The notes under the pieces are model-generated. The model was not told the origin of the DNA and did not search any database. It saw nothing but the letters and a program-made list of their open reading frames with translations. A DNA stretch of 34,300 nucleotides from an uncultured Flavobacteriaceae bacterium (GTDB taxonomy: Bacteria > Bacteroidota > Bacteroidia > Flavobacteriales > Flavobacteriaceae), in contig CAMZLT010000163.1 of NCBI GenBank assembly GCA_947311745.1, forward strand, positions 1-34,300, read 5' to 3'. This document shows positions 23,016 through 33,071 of this stretch, piece by piece. Position 1 is the stretch's first letter; each line of letters starts with the position of its first letter. Both the position numbers and the translations under genes were made by a program.

Positions 23016-25040
23016 ATGAAATTATTAAAATACATTCCTGTTTTTTTAACTTTCTCGTTGGTTATTGGTATCTTACTAGAGACATATTTTTCTGTAAAAA
23101 TTACTATTCTAAGCATATTTTTAGCAATAAATTTTTTGTTGTTTTTTACCATTCATTACATTACAAATAAGCAATTAAAAAATCCTTGGTATTATTCTGT
23201 TATGGTGTTTTTTATGTTTGTTATTATCGGAATGTTTTCCGTAAATATTCAAAATACTTTAAATTATAAACAACACTATAACAATTATTTAGAAAAAGAA
23301 AATACGGTTTTATTAAAAATAACCAAAACCTTAAAATCAACTAAATATTACGATAGATATCAAGCAGAAGTAATTCAGATAAACGATAAAAAAACTATTG
23401 GTAAAGTGTTGGTTAACAAAAAGAAAGATAGTCTTAATAAGTTGAAAATTGGTACTATATATTACACTAAAAATTTGTTTAAAAAAATTAACAAGCCTAA
23501 AAATCCATATCAATTTAATTATCGTAAATATTTAAAAAAGAAGCAAATAATTCATCAAATCACCCTTACAGATAAAAATTATATTATTTCAAAATCAAAT
23601 GCTTTTTCGATATCTATTATTGCTTCAAATATTAGAAGTCGCATTCAAAAAAATCTAAAGCAAAAGAATTTTACAAAAAATGCATTTGGCATAATCAACG
23701 CATTACTTTTAGGACAAAGACAAGATGTGTCTAAAGAATTAATACAAGATTATCAAAATGCAGGAGCTATGCATATATTAGCCGTTTCAGGATTGCATAT
23801 CGGAATTATTTACGGCATACTTTTAGTGCTGTTTTCACCAATTAAACGTTTAAATTTTAACTCTATAAAAGGAAAAACCATACAAATACTATTGGTTGTT
23901 TTATTTTTATGGAGCTATGCAATTCTTGCAGGTTTAAGTGCTTCGGTTGTTAGAGCAACTACTATGTTTACAGCTATTGCTTTAGGTTTGTTATCTAAAC
24001 GAAAAACAAACACCTTGCATAATTTATTTATTTCGATGTTTGTTTTGTTATTGTTTCATTCTAATTTTTTATTTGATGTAGGTTTTCAACTTAGTTATTT
24101 GGCCGTTTTTTCGATTGTATACTGGCAACCAAAATTTAATGCTTGGTACCTGCCTAAAAATAAAATTTTTCGTTTTTTTTGGCAGATATGTACTGTTTCG
24201 TTTGCTGCACAAATCGGAATTTTACCTTTAAGTTTGTTTTATTTTCATCAATTTCCGTTGTTATTTTTTGTTTCTAGTTTAGTTATAATTCCTGTTTTGG
24301 GTATTGTTTTAGGATTTGGATTTTTGGTATTGTTTTTAGCGTATTTTAACATTTTACCAAACTTTATAGCTTCTATTTATAGTGAAATTATAGAAAAAAT
24401 GAATGTTTTTATCCAATTTATTGCAAAACAGGAGCAATTTTTAATAAAAAACATCTTTTTTAGTGTTTTTTTAGTTTTTGGATTTTATTTTTTAATAATT
24501 GCTATTTATCGTTTTTCTGAAAAACAAAATTTTAAAAAACTACAAACAATTTTAATAGTAATTTTAGGTATTCAGTTAATCTATTTTTACGAAAAATATC
24601 AAAGAAAAAACATTAAAGAAATTTTGATTTTTAACCAATTAAAACATTCCGTTATCGGAATTAGAGAAGGTGATTTTTTAGCTGTATATCATAATATAAG
24701 CGATTTTTCTAAGCATTCAATTATAGATACGTATCAAAAAGGAACAGGAGTTTCTACCATTAAAATTTATGATTCCATTCCTAATATATTTAAAAACAAT
24801 TTATTGGTTGTAGATAGTCTTGGTGTTTTTAATGTAAAAAATTTAGATTCTAAAATAGTATTATTACGAAATTCACCTAAGATAAATGTAGATAGGTTAC
24901 TTGAATCTCAAAAACCTAAAATACTCGTAGCAGATGCCTCAAATTTTAAAAGTTATGTACTGTATTGGAAAAAAAAGTGTGCAAAAAAAAATGTACATTT
25001 TTACAGTACGTATAAAAACGGAGCATATCGAAAAAAATAA
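23016..25040 (+). CDS. comEC: ComEC/Rec2 family competence membrane protein
   Basis: It has an OB-like N-terminal region after the first TMs and a Competence-domain core (AGAMHILAVSGLHIGI..., SASVVRA). No metallo-beta-lactamase tail is evident. The ATG at 23016 (MKLLKYIP) is preferred over the track's start at 22950. Confidence 0.85.
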   Translation: MKLLKYIPVFLTFSLVIGILLETYFSVKITILSIFLAINFLLFFTIHYITNKQLKNPWYYSVMVFFMFVIIGMFSVNIQNTLNYKQHYNNYLEKENTVLLKITKTLKSTKYYDRYQAEVIQINDKKTIGKVLVNKKKDSLNKLKIGTIYYTKNLFKKINKPKNPYQFNYRKYLKKKQIIHQITLTDKNYIISKSNAFSISIIASNIRSRIQKNLKQKNFTKNAFGIINALLLGQRQDVSKELIQDYQNAGAMHILAVSGLHIGIIYGILLVLFSPIKRLNFNSIKGKTIQILLVVLFLWSYAILAGLSASVVRATTMFTAIALGLLSKRKTNTLHNLFISMFVLLLFHSNFLFDVGFQLSYLAVFSIVYWQPKFNAWYLPKNKIFRFFWQICTVSFAAQIGILPLSLFYFHQFPLLFFVSSLVIIPVLGIVLGFGFLVLFLAYFNILPNFIASIYSEIIEKMNVFIQFIAKQEQFLIKNIFFSVFLVFGFYFLIIAIYRFSEKQNFKKLQTILIVILGIQLIYFYEKYQRKNIKEILIFNQLKHSVIGIREGDFLAVYHNISDFSKHSIIDTYQKGTGVSTIKIYDSIPNIFKNNLLVVDSLGVFNVKNLDSKIVLLRNSPKINVDRLLESQKPKILVADASNFKSYVLYWKKKCAKKNVHFYSTYKNGAYRKK

Positions 25041-25099
25041 TTTATTCTTATTGGCAAATTAATTTTGTAAATTTGTGTCTAAATTTAAACACAATTATT

Positions 25100-26527
25100 A
25101 TGAAGTATTTTTACATTTTTTTATTATTAATCGGATTTTACGGTTTTTCTCAAGCCTCTTTTAACGAAATTAATACAGGATTACCTGCGTTAAATTTTTC
25201 TACTTCGTCTTTAGCCGATGTAGATAATGATGGTGATTTAGATGTATATCTTTCTGGACTTGATGCATATGGTAATGCAGTTGGAGGACTATACATATAT
25301 AATCATGGTGCATATACCTTATCTACTACTTCTACTTTACCAATTGTATATATTGGTGGTTCGGATTGGGCAGATATAGATAATGATGGTGATATGGATA
25401 TAATGATTTTCGGAACAGATAGTTCGTTTGCTTTTGATATTGCAGAAATATACCAAAATAATGGTGATGGTACTTTTACTAGTTTAAACGTAGGTATTCC
25501 TGCTGTTGAACAAGGTAGTACCGAATTTGTAGATGTAAATAACGATGGTTTTATGGATATTTCCATTTCAGGAATTGGAAGTTCTTCTAATATCACTAAA
25601 ATTTATTTAAACGATGGTGATAGTACTTTTACAGAACTTACAGGTCATGGGATTCCAGGTTTAAATTGGGGAAAATTAACTTGGGGAGATTACAACAACG
25701 ATACTTATCCAGACGCTTTTATTTCCGGTTTTGACGATAATACAGGAGGAACACAAACGTTTTACACAAAATTATTTATCAATAACAATGGTACTAGTTT
25801 TACAGATTCAGGTTTATCTTTTCATTCAGGTTGGTTAGGTGATATCGAATGGGCAGATTATAACAATGATGGTAATATAGATATTATTGTTTCAGGTGTT
25901 GGAGGTACTGGAGATGAACGATTTACTTTATTGTATAAAAACAATGGCGATGGTACTTTTACCGAATTAGACCCTGGATTTTCGCCAGTATCACACAGTT
26001 CTTTAGAATGGGCAGATTTTGATGGTGATAATGATTTAGATTTATATTTAACGGGTGTTACCACAACTCCAGGAGATGGAAACAATGTTGCAGCAGTATA
26101 TAGAAATGATGGTAACGATGTTTTTACAATGAATACTACTCAGATTTTTAATGCTTCGTATTACGGAGATGCAGATACAGGTGATATTAATAATGACGGA
26201 AAAATGGATATAATCTCAACTGGTTACGACGAAATTTATGTTGTTAAAACAACTGTTTACCTTAATAACACTGTTATAGCAGGGCTGTCTAACAATGTAT
26301 TGGAAGGCGTTTCAGTTTATCCAAATCCAGTACAAAACATATTACATATTGACAATCAAAATGATAAAAATATTTTTGTGGAGTTGTTTTCTATAGATGG
26401 CAAATTAATTTTACAAACAAAATTAGAAAACAACCGTTTAAATATTTCGGATGTTGCATCTGGAATATATACACTTAAAATAACAAATAGTTATAAAAGT
26501 GTTTCTAAAAAAATAGTAATACAATAA
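25100..26527 (+). CDS. FG-GAP/VCBS-repeat (7-bladed propeller) protein with T9SS C-terminal sorting domain
   Basis: Signal peptide ..GFS|QAS. There are seven D-x-[DN]-x-D-G-x-x-D Ca-binding repeats (DVDNDGDLD, DIDNDGDMD, DVNNDGFMD, DYNNDTYPD, DYNNDGNID, DFDGDNDLD, DINNDGKMD). The C-terminal ~80 aa has the type-A CTD pattern (VYPNPV.N.L.I....I.....G...........L.IS....GIY.LKI). Confidence 0.85.
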   Translation: MKYFYIFLLLIGFYGFSQASFNEINTGLPALNFSTSSLADVDNDGDLDVYLSGLDAYGNAVGGLYIYNHGAYTLSTTSTLPIVYIGGSDWADIDNDGDMDIMIFGTDSSFAFDIAEIYQNNGDGTFTSLNVGIPAVEQGSTEFVDVNNDGFMDISISGIGSSSNITKIYLNDGDSTFTELTGHGIPGLNWGKLTWGDYNNDTYPDAFISGFDDNTGGTQTFYTKLFINNNGTSFTDSGLSFHSGWLGDIEWADYNNDGNIDIIVSGVGGTGDERFTLLYKNNGDGTFTELDPGFSPVSHSSLEWADFDGDNDLDLYLTGVTTTPGDGNNVAAVYRNDGNDVFTMNTTQIFNASYYGDADTGDINNDGKMDIISTGYDEIYVVKTTVYLNNTVIAGLSNNVLEGVSVYPNPVQNILHIDNQNDKNIFVELFSIDGKLILQTKLENNRLNISDVASGIYTLKITNSYKSVSKKIVIQ

Positions 26528-26546
26528 TTTTGTTTTAAAGAAAATA

Positions 26547-27659
26547 TTAAAGGCTGTCTTTTAGGCAGTCTTTTTTATATCCTGTTATACCATTTTTTAA
26601 ACTTAAAAAATTAATTTTTGGAAATTTTTCTTTTAGCATAAGTACTGCTTGATAACTTGAAATCCCTTTATTACAAACAACAACGATATCTTTTTTACTT
26701 TCAAAAACAGTACTAGTTTTTGAATTTATCTGTGAAAACGGAATTGTATAATCAACCTTAAAAGGTAATGGTGTATTTATATTTTCAATAACCGAAATAA
26801 TAGTATAATTTTCTATGTTTTCTTTTAAATTATAAGCGGAAATTAATAATTTTTCATCTTGTGTGGTGCAAGTATCTAAAGTATAAGATTCTTTTTTAAA
26901 AAGTAAGGCAATTTTTTCTTTTGAAAATTGCGATTTTACTTTCATTTTATATTGTGTATTTTCTAAGCTATTGTAAATTAAAATTTGATTGGTTAAAAGC
27001 TTTCCAGTTTTTGTGATTAATTTTAAAGCTTCATTTGCTTGTAATAAACCTATAATTCCTACAATAGTATTTAATGTTCCTGTTTCCGAACAATTCGGAA
27101 TTGTTTTTTTGGGTATTTCAGGAAATGCATCTCTTAAATTAGTAGTTCGTTTCGTGTTTTCTAAAACGTTAAAACAAGATACATATCCATCAAACTTATA
27201 TAACGAACCATAAATTAAAGGTTTGTCTTTTAATACGCAAGCATCATTTAAAAGATATTTTATCGGTAAACTGTCTGTGCAATCTAACACAATATCAAAA
27301 TCAGAAATTGTTTCCAAAACGGTATTTTTTGCTATTGCATTTGTATCATAGCTAAGTTTTACAAAAGGTGTTATTTTTGTAATATATTTTGCTAAAATTT
27401 CGGATTTTGGTTTGCCAATATCCTCAATTTTATAAAAAACTTGTCTAGGTAAATTACTTTCTGAAACGGTATCAAAATCAATTAGATGAATTTTACCAAC
27501 ACCACTTCCTGCAAGATAAACAGCGGCAACACAACCTAAACCACCACAGCCAACAAGTAAAACTTTAGCATTTAATAATCGTTCTTGACCAATTTTACCA
27601 ATTTCGGATAGAGTAGTTTGGCGTTTGTATAAATTTTCTTTAGTTATTTTAGAATTCAT
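26547..27659 (-). CDS. ThiF/MoeB/HesA-family E1-like adenylyltransferase with C-terminal rhodanese-like domain
   Basis: 370 aa with the nucleotide loop VGCGGLGC, then DFD.V..SNL.RQ, and a C-terminal VVVCNKGISSYQA rhodanese-type Cys loop. Its ATG directly abuts the pth stop. Confidence 0.8.
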   Translation of the reverse strand: MNSKITKENLYKRQTTLSEIGKIGQERLLNAKVLLVGCGGLGCVAAVYLAGSGVGKIHLIDFDTVSESNLPRQVFYKIEDIGKPKSEILAKYITKITPFVKLSYDTNAIAKNTVLETISDFDIVLDCTDSLPIKYLLNDACVLKDKPLIYGSLYKFDGYVSCFNVLENTKRTTNLRDAFPEIPKKTIPNCSETGTLNTIVGIIGLLQANEALKLITKTGKLLTNQILIYNSLENTQYKMKVKSQFSKEKIALLFKKESYTLDTCTTQDEKLLISAYNLKENIENYTIISVIENINTPLPFKVDYTIPFSQINSKTSTVFESKKDIVVVCNKGISSYQAVLMLKEKFPKINFLSLKNGITGYKKDCLKDSL

Positions 27660-28286
27660 TTATTTGGTATTAAATAAATTCATAGTTCTGCCAGTACCTG
27701 CTGTACCAAAAGATTTTACAGCAGTATGAACACGTTCTAATTTTTCAGTAATGCTTTGTAGTTCCTCATCACTCCATTTGCCAAGTACGTAATCTACTTG
27801 TCTGCCTTTTGCAAATTTATTACCAACACCAAAGCGAATTCTTGTATATTGTTGTGTGTTTAGTATGGCATTAATATCTTTTAATCCATTATGTCCACCA
27901 TCACTTCCTTTAGGCTTCATGCGTAATGCACCGAACGGAAGGTTTAAATCGTCACTTATAATTAAAATGTTTTCTAACGGAATTTTTTCTTTAGTCATCC
28001 AATATTTTACTGCTTTTCCGCTTAAATTCATAAATGTATTGGGTTTTAATAGAAAGAATGTCCTTCCTTTAAATTTAAAACTAGTTAAATCACCTAGTTT
28101 TTGTGTACTAAAAGAAACCTCTTCTTTATCAGCTATATAATTTAATGCTTTAAAACCAATATTATGTCTAGTATTTTTATATTTTTCGCCAATATTACCT
28201 AAACCAACAATTAAATATTTTTTCATAGGATCTATGTTTTCTTTTTTACTATTAAAAAGAGATTTTATAAAATTTATGAGATTCAT
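27660..28286 (-). CDS. pth: Peptidyl-tRNA hydrolase
   Basis: Motifs LIVGLGNIG..Y..TRHNIGF, DD..LPFG..R....GS.GGHNG. The ATG at 28286 adds a 20-aa N-terminal extension; the ATG at 28226 (MKKYLIVGLGN) is the alternative start. Confidence 0.9.
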   Translation of the reverse strand: MNLINFIKSLFNSKKENIDPMKKYLIVGLGNIGEKYKNTRHNIGFKALNYIADKEEVSFSTQKLGDLTSFKFKGRTFFLLKPNTFMNLSGKAVKYWMTKEKIPLENILIISDDLNLPFGALRMKPKGSDGGHNGLKDINAILNTQQYTRIRFGVGNKFAKGRQVDYVLGKWSDEELQSITEKLERVHTAVKSFGTAGTGRTMNLFNTK

Positions 28287-28328
28287 TTTACAAATATATG
28301 ATTTGTTTTAAATAGAAACTTTTTACAA

Positions 28329-28360
28329 CAAAAAAACCCTTCTTAAAAAAAGAAGGGTTT
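28329..28360 (-). terminator. Intrinsic terminator after rplY
   Basis: On the minus strand AACCCTTCT-TTTTTTA-AGAAGGGTT forms a 9-bp stem followed by TTTTTTTG, about 20 nt after the rplY stop. Confidence 0.7.
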
Positions 28361-28379
28361 GTAAAATATTTTACAAATA

Positions 28380-28982
28380 TTATTCTGCTGCAGCTTCTTC
28401 TGTTGCTTCTTCTTCCGTATCTTCTACTTTAGCAACATTTCTAGACATTCTTACTTGTGCTACAACCATGTTTTCTGGGTGTAAAAAAGTAAAGTTTTTA
28501 CTGTCTATTTCCTTTAAAAATAGTTTATTACCAATATCTAAACCAGAAACATCTGCTAAAATTTCGTCTGGTAAATTAGCCGGTAATGCTTTTACACGTA
28601 ATTTACGGTTTGTAAAACGTAACGCTCCACCTTTAATAATTCCTGGAGCGGTTCCTTCTAAACGAACAGGAATAGTCATGGTAACTTCTTTATCGTCAAA
28701 TAATTGATAAAAATCTACGTGTAGAATTCTATCGGTTACAGGATGAAATTGAATGTCTTGCAAAATAGCATTGATTTTGTCACCATTATCTAATTCAATA
28801 ACCGCTGTATATACATTTGGTGTATATACTAATTTTTTAAAACTTTTCTCATCTGCAGCAAAGTGAAGTGTATTACCTTTTCCGTAAATTACACAAGGTA
28901 CTTTGTCAGCATTACGTAAGGCTTTTGTGTCTTTTTTACCTACGATTTCTCTTTTTGTTCCTTTAATTGTAATAGATTGCAT
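28380..28982 (-). CDS. rplY: 50S ribosomal protein L25 / general stress protein Ctc
   Basis: 200 aa with the long Ctc-type form and an acidic C-terminal tail ([14 protein letters not shown]). It carries the N-terminal L25 signature R...GK...R.LR....VP.V.YG. Confidence 0.9.
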   Translation of the reverse strand: MQSITIKGTKREIVGKKDTKALRNADKVPCVIYGKGNTLHFAADEKSFKKLVYTPNVYTAVIELDNGDKINAILQDIQFHPVTDRILHVDFYQLFDDKEVTMTIPVRLEGTAPGIIKGGALRFTNRKLRVKALPANLPDEILADVSGLDIGNKLFLKEIDSKNFTFLHPENMVVAQVRMSRNVAKVEDTEEEATEEAAAE

Positions 28983-28994
28983 TTTAATTTATTT

Positions 28995-29939
28995 TTACAT
29001 TAAAAATTGATTGCTGATAGATGTGTTTTTTTGAACTTTCTTCATCACATCAGCAAATAAAGTGGCGCAAGTTACAATTTTTATTTTAGAACTTGGGTGT
29101 TTTTTAGGAATTGTATCGGTTACAATTAAACTTTCTAGTTTTGATTCTTCAATTTTTTTGATAGCTTCTCCTGAAAGTATTGCATGTGTTGCAATGGCAC
29201 AAACGCTTTTTGCACCTTCTTCCATCATTAAGTTTGCTGCTTTGGTAAGTGTTCCTGCTGTATCTACCATGTCGTCAACAATAATAACGTGTCTATCTTT
29301 TACATCACCTATTACTTGCATGTGTGAAATTACATTTGCTTTTTTTCGTTGTTTGTAGCAAATTACTACTTCACTTTTTAGAAATTTAGAGTATGCGTAT
29401 GCTCGTTTTGATCCTCCCATATCTGGAGATGCTACGGTTACATTTTCTAAATTTAAGGATTTGATATATGGTAAAAAAATAGTAGATGCAAATAAATGAT
29501 CTACTGGAATTTCAAAAAAACCTTGAATTTGATCGGCATGTAAATCCATGGTTATGAGTCTAGTTGCTCCTGCAGTTTGAATCATTTTTGCAACCATTTT
29601 TGCTGCAATAGGTACTCGTGGTTTGTCTTTTCGGTCTTGTCTTGCCCATCCAAAATATGGAACTACAGCGGTAATATGCCTTGCAGATGCTCGTTTTGCT
29701 GCGTCTAACATTAAAAGCAATTCCATAAGATTATCGCTGTTTGGCATAGTAGAGCCAATAATAAAAACACGTCTTCCACGAATAGTTTCTTCGTAAGACA
29801 CTTGAAACTCGCCATCGCTAAATTGTGTTTTGGTAGACTTGCCTAGTTTTTCGCCGTAGGCTTCGGCAATTTTTTTACCTAGTTCTCTACTTTCAGAACA
29901 AGCAAAGAATTTAGGACTTAATTGTTGTGTGTTTTCCAT
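28995..29939 (-). CDS. prs: Ribose-phosphate pyrophosphokinase
   Basis: 314 aa with the PRPP-binding loop VIIVDDMVDTAGT and the DLHADQIQGFF motif. Confidence 0.95.
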   Translation of the reverse strand: MENTQQLSPKFFACSESRELGKKIAEAYGEKLGKSTKTQFSDGEFQVSYEETIRGRRVFIIGSTMPNSDNLMELLLMLDAAKRASARHITAVVPYFGWARQDRKDKPRVPIAAKMVAKMIQTAGATRLITMDLHADQIQGFFEIPVDHLFASTIFLPYIKSLNLENVTVASPDMGGSKRAYAYSKFLKSEVVICYKQRKKANVISHMQVIGDVKDRHVIIVDDMVDTAGTLTKAANLMMEEGAKSVCAIATHAILSGEAIKKIEESKLESLIVTDTIPKKHPSSKIKIVTCATLFADVMKKVQKNTSISNQFLM

Positions 29940-30073
29940 TTTTAGTTATGTTGTTTATGCAAAAATAATAAGAAGTCTTAGTTTTTACTTAAAAAATCTA
30001 TCAAATCTTATTAACTAAATAAAAAACTTGTTAACCGTATAAATTCAAAAAAAGTAAAGTAAAGGCAATGTGG

Positions 30074-31288
30074 TTAGCTTAACATTCTCTTCGCTCGTTT
30101 TACGGCTTCTATGAATAATGTTATTTCCTCTTTGGTATTATAAAAGGAAAACGAAGCACGAACAGTACCAGGAATTTTAAAAAACTGCATAATTGGTTGT
30201 GTGCAATGATGACCTGTTCTAACTGCAATTCCTAATTTATCTACAATGCTACCAATATCAAAAGGATGTATATTTTTAATATTAAACGATAATACACTTG
30301 CTTTGTTTTCTGATGTTCCGTAAATAGTTACATCCTCAACTTTTAGTATTTCTTGGGTTGCATAGTGTAACAATTCGTTTTCGTATGTTGCAATATTGCT
30401 AACACCAATTTTTTCAAGATACTCTATTGCGGTTCCAAAGGCAATACCTGCTGCTATATTTGGTGTTCCTGCTTCAAATTTATGCGGTAAATCTGCATAG
30501 GTCGTTTTTTCAAAAGTTACTTCTTTTATCATTTCTCCTCCACCGTGATACGGAGGTAATTTGTGTAACCATTTTTCTTTTCCGTAAAGGAAACCAATTC
30601 CTGTTGGACCATACATTTTATGAGCTGAAGCACAGTAAAAATCACAATCTAAAGCTTGAAAATCTACTTGCATGTGTGGTACAGCTTGTGCTCCGTCAAT
30701 TAAAACTGCTGCATCGTATTGATGTGCTAAATCAATAATTTCTTTTATAGGATTTATTGTTCCTAAGGCATTAGAAACATGGCTTACGGCAACAATTTTA
30801 GTATTTTTATTTAATAATTTTTTATACGAATCTAATACTAACTCGCCTTTTTCATTCATTGGTATTACTCGTAAAATAGCACCAGTTCGTTCGCATAATA
30901 ATTGCCAAGGAACTATATTTGAATGGTGTTCTAATGCCGAAATAATAACTTCGTCATTTTTATTTAATAACGAGGTAAAACTACTTGCAACTAGATTAAT
31001 ACTTTCGGTTGTACCTCTGGTAAAAATTATTTCGTGTGTATGTTTTGCGTTAAAATAATTTTGGAGTTTATTTCGGGTTTGTTCATACGCATCGGTTGCT
31101 AATTGGCTTAATGTGTGTACACCACGATGCACATTAGAATTTATCGTTTTGTAATACGTTTCAATAGCATCGATAACCACTTTTGGTTTTTGGCTAGTTG
31201 CGGCATTATCTAAATAAATTAGTGGTTTGTTATTTACTTTTTGATTTAATATCGGAAAATCCAAACGTATTTTTTGTATTGCTAACAT
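30074..31288 (-). CDS. sufS: Cysteine desulfurase, SufS subfamily (class V aminotransferase fold)
   Basis: 404 aa with the PLP-Lys region SAHKMYGPTGIGFLYG and the active-site Cys loop RTGHHCTQP. Confidence 0.9.
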   Translation of the reverse strand: MLAIQKIRLDFPILNQKVNNKPLIYLDNAATSQKPKVVIDAIETYYKTINSNVHRGVHTLSQLATDAYEQTRNKLQNYFNAKHTHEIIFTRGTTESINLVASSFTSLLNKNDEVIISALEHHSNIVPWQLLCERTGAILRVIPMNEKGELVLDSYKKLLNKNTKIVAVSHVSNALGTINPIKEIIDLAHQYDAAVLIDGAQAVPHMQVDFQALDCDFYCASAHKMYGPTGIGFLYGKEKWLHKLPPYHGGGEMIKEVTFEKTTYADLPHKFEAGTPNIAAGIAFGTAIEYLEKIGVSNIATYENELLHYATQEILKVEDVTIYGTSENKASVLSFNIKNIHPFDIGSIVDKLGIAVRTGHHCTQPIMQFFKIPGTVRASFSFYNTKEEITLFIEAVKRAKRMLS

Positions 31289-31382
31289 AGTATTACTTAG
31301 AATGATTCTAAATACAAAACTACTGAAAAATTTACGAATACCTTAATTTAATCTACAAGCATTTTTTGTGTATTTTTGAAAT

Positions 31383-32030
31383 ATGATATTTTTAAATAAT
31401 TCTGATGCTTTTCCTGCTGTAAACCTTGCAAATGCAGACGGAATTTTAGCAATAGGAGCAGATTTATCGCCAAAAAGATTACTTTTAGCATATAAAAACG
31501 GAATTTTTCCGTGGTTTAATCAAGGCGAACCTATTATTTGGTATGCTCCAAAAGATAGAATGGTTTTATTTCCTGATGAATTAAAGGTATCTAAAAGTAT
31601 GCGTAAAATTTTACGAAAGCAACTTTTTACTATAACATTCAACCAAAATTTTGAGCAAGTTATCTATCATTGTAAAAATATAGAACGCAATGATCAAAAC
31701 GGTACTTGGATTACTGATGAAATGCAAGATGCATATGTAAAATTACACAAATTAGGTGTTGCAAAATCTGTAGAAGTTTGGCAAAGCAACCAATTAGTTG
31801 GTGGTCTTTACGGAGTTGATTTAGGTCATGTTTTTTGTGGAGAAAGTATGTTTAGCTTGGTTAGTAATGCTTCTAAAGTTGCTTTTATTTATCTAGCTAA
31901 AATGTTAGCAAATCAAAATTATAAATTAATTGATTGTCAAGTTTATAATAATCATTTAGCAAGTTTAGGTGCTAGGGAAATTCCTAGAGGTTTATTTATG
32001 AAATACGTAAAAAAACAAAATGAAAACTAA
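31383..32030 (+). CDS. aat: Leucyl/phenylalanyl-tRNA--protein transferase
   Basis: 215 aa with LL.AY..GIFPW, W..P..R.VL, TWIT.EM and GES.F motifs. Confidence 0.85.
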   Translation: MIFLNNSDAFPAVNLANADGILAIGADLSPKRLLLAYKNGIFPWFNQGEPIIWYAPKDRMVLFPDELKVSKSMRKILRKQLFTITFNQNFEQVIYHCKNIERNDQNGTWITDEMQDAYVKLHKLGVAKSVEVWQSNQLVGGLYGVDLGHVFCGESMFSLVSNASKVAFIYLAKMLANQNYKLIDCQVYNNHLASLGAREIPRGLFMKYVKKQNEN

Positions 32031-32859
32031 ATTTATTCTCCTATTAAGTATTGTATTTAAAATAGGTTTTTCACAAACCGAAACCGAAGTAGCAGGAATT
32101 ACATACCATTATTTTTCTAAAGCAGATTATAACGATAAAACAGCAAATTCATTTACCAATAAATTGGAAACATTTGTAAATTACGGACATAATTTAGGCA
32201 CAAAAACCACTTTGTTTTATCATGTTGATTTTAAAAAATTTATAATTAATACCTCTTTAGATACAAATGCAATGTATCCTAAAATTGCATCCCATGAATT
32301 GTTAACGACAGCGATAGGTATGAAAAATACACTTAAAAAGAATTGGTCTTTAGTTACGATTTTTACAAATACCTTTTCGGATGATTTTTCAAAAAACAAC
32401 TTAGATAAGATGAGCTATATCCGAAGTTTTTTATATGTTAATAAGAAAAAATCTGATTTGTTTTCTTATGGATTTGGTTTGTATGTAAGCACTGTTTCTG
32501 ATAATATTCGCATACTTCCTGTGCTTAGTTTAGAGGTAAAATCTGCAAAAAAAGGAATGAAATTATTTTTCCCTCGTTATGTTAAATTTTGGTATAAAAC
32601 CAATGATAAATCGTATATTCAGTTGCAAACAAAATTAAATTCCAAACGAATTAAATACAATTTTGACACCATACAATCTGTCGAAATATTTACTGTAATA
32701 TCCGATGTAACCTATAATTATTTACTTAAAAATAAATTTAAGCTTACCGTTGGTCTTTCCTTTCCGATTCAACAGTATAGTTACGATTTAGACACTTATA
32801 AATCTAATCAAATTGGTGGTTTTGGTGTTACAACAGGAATTAGTTATGTGGTTTTTTAG
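32020..32859 (+). CDS. Putative outer-membrane beta-barrel protein (DUF6268-like)
   Basis: 279 aa with signal peptide ..GFS|QTE, alternating hydrophobic beta-strand periodicity and a C-terminal aromatic residue (..ISYVVF). The family name is from memory. Confidence 0.45.
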   Translation: MKTKFILLLSIVFKIGFSQTETEVAGITYHYFSKADYNDKTANSFTNKLETFVNYGHNLGTKTTLFYHVDFKKFIINTSLDTNAMYPKIASHELLTTAIGMKNTLKKNWSLVTIFTNTFSDDFSKNNLDKMSYIRSFLYVNKKKSDLFSYGFGLYVSTVSDNIRILPVLSLEVKSAKKGMKLFFPRYVKFWYKTNDKSYIQLQTKLNSKRIKYNFDTIQSVEIFTVISDVTYNYLLKNKFKLTVGLSFPIQQYSYDLDTYKSNQIGGFGVTTGISYVVF

Positions 32860-33071
32860 AATTAGGTATAAAAGTTTAAAATTTAATAAAGAAATTTTAA
32901 TTCTTTGGCGTAAAATAACTGTATTGATAATAGACTTTATTGATGAATTTGAAATAAAGATGAGTATTGAAAAGCCGTTCATTTTCGGTTTATCACTGAA
33001 CCAAATTTATGATTTTTAGAGCTTTATAATATCTAATAAGTTTTGGATTAAGCACAGAAACTTTTATTATC

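Noticed and set aside
26528-26546. Possible hairpin (CTGTC-TTTTA-GGCAG) between the convergent FG-GAP and ThiF genes
   Set aside because: The stem is 5 bp including a G.U pair. GGCTGTC and GGCAGTC are closer to a direct repeat than an inverted one, so this is not convincing as a terminator.
12178-30738. Other antisense track ORFs within housekeeping genes. They are 12178-12396, 12927-13202, 13625-13834, 14048-14257, 14896-15318, 16174-16566, 18098-18340, 21552-21755, 25303-25596, 25858-26085, 26989-27213, 27856-28140, 28468-28707, 29062-29358 and 30427-30738; 706-945 is of the same kind.
   Set aside because: Each lies wholly inside a confidently identified gene on the opposite strand. They are low-complexity and lack recognisable motifs, so they are typical frame shadows.
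1406-31288. A sulfur-metabolism supercluster (yeeE/yedE, sufE, ThiF-rhodanese, sufS)
   Set aside because: The genes are scattered over 30 kb, lie on different strands and are interleaved with unrelated housekeeping genes. There is no operonic or positional link, so this is probably coincidence.
32788-33019. Two overlapping small ORFs (32788-32982 minus, 32813-33019 plus) after the beta-barrel gene
   Set aside because: They are mutually antisense, start inside the 3' end of the upstream gene and have no signal or motif. I treat the region as a non-coding spacer.
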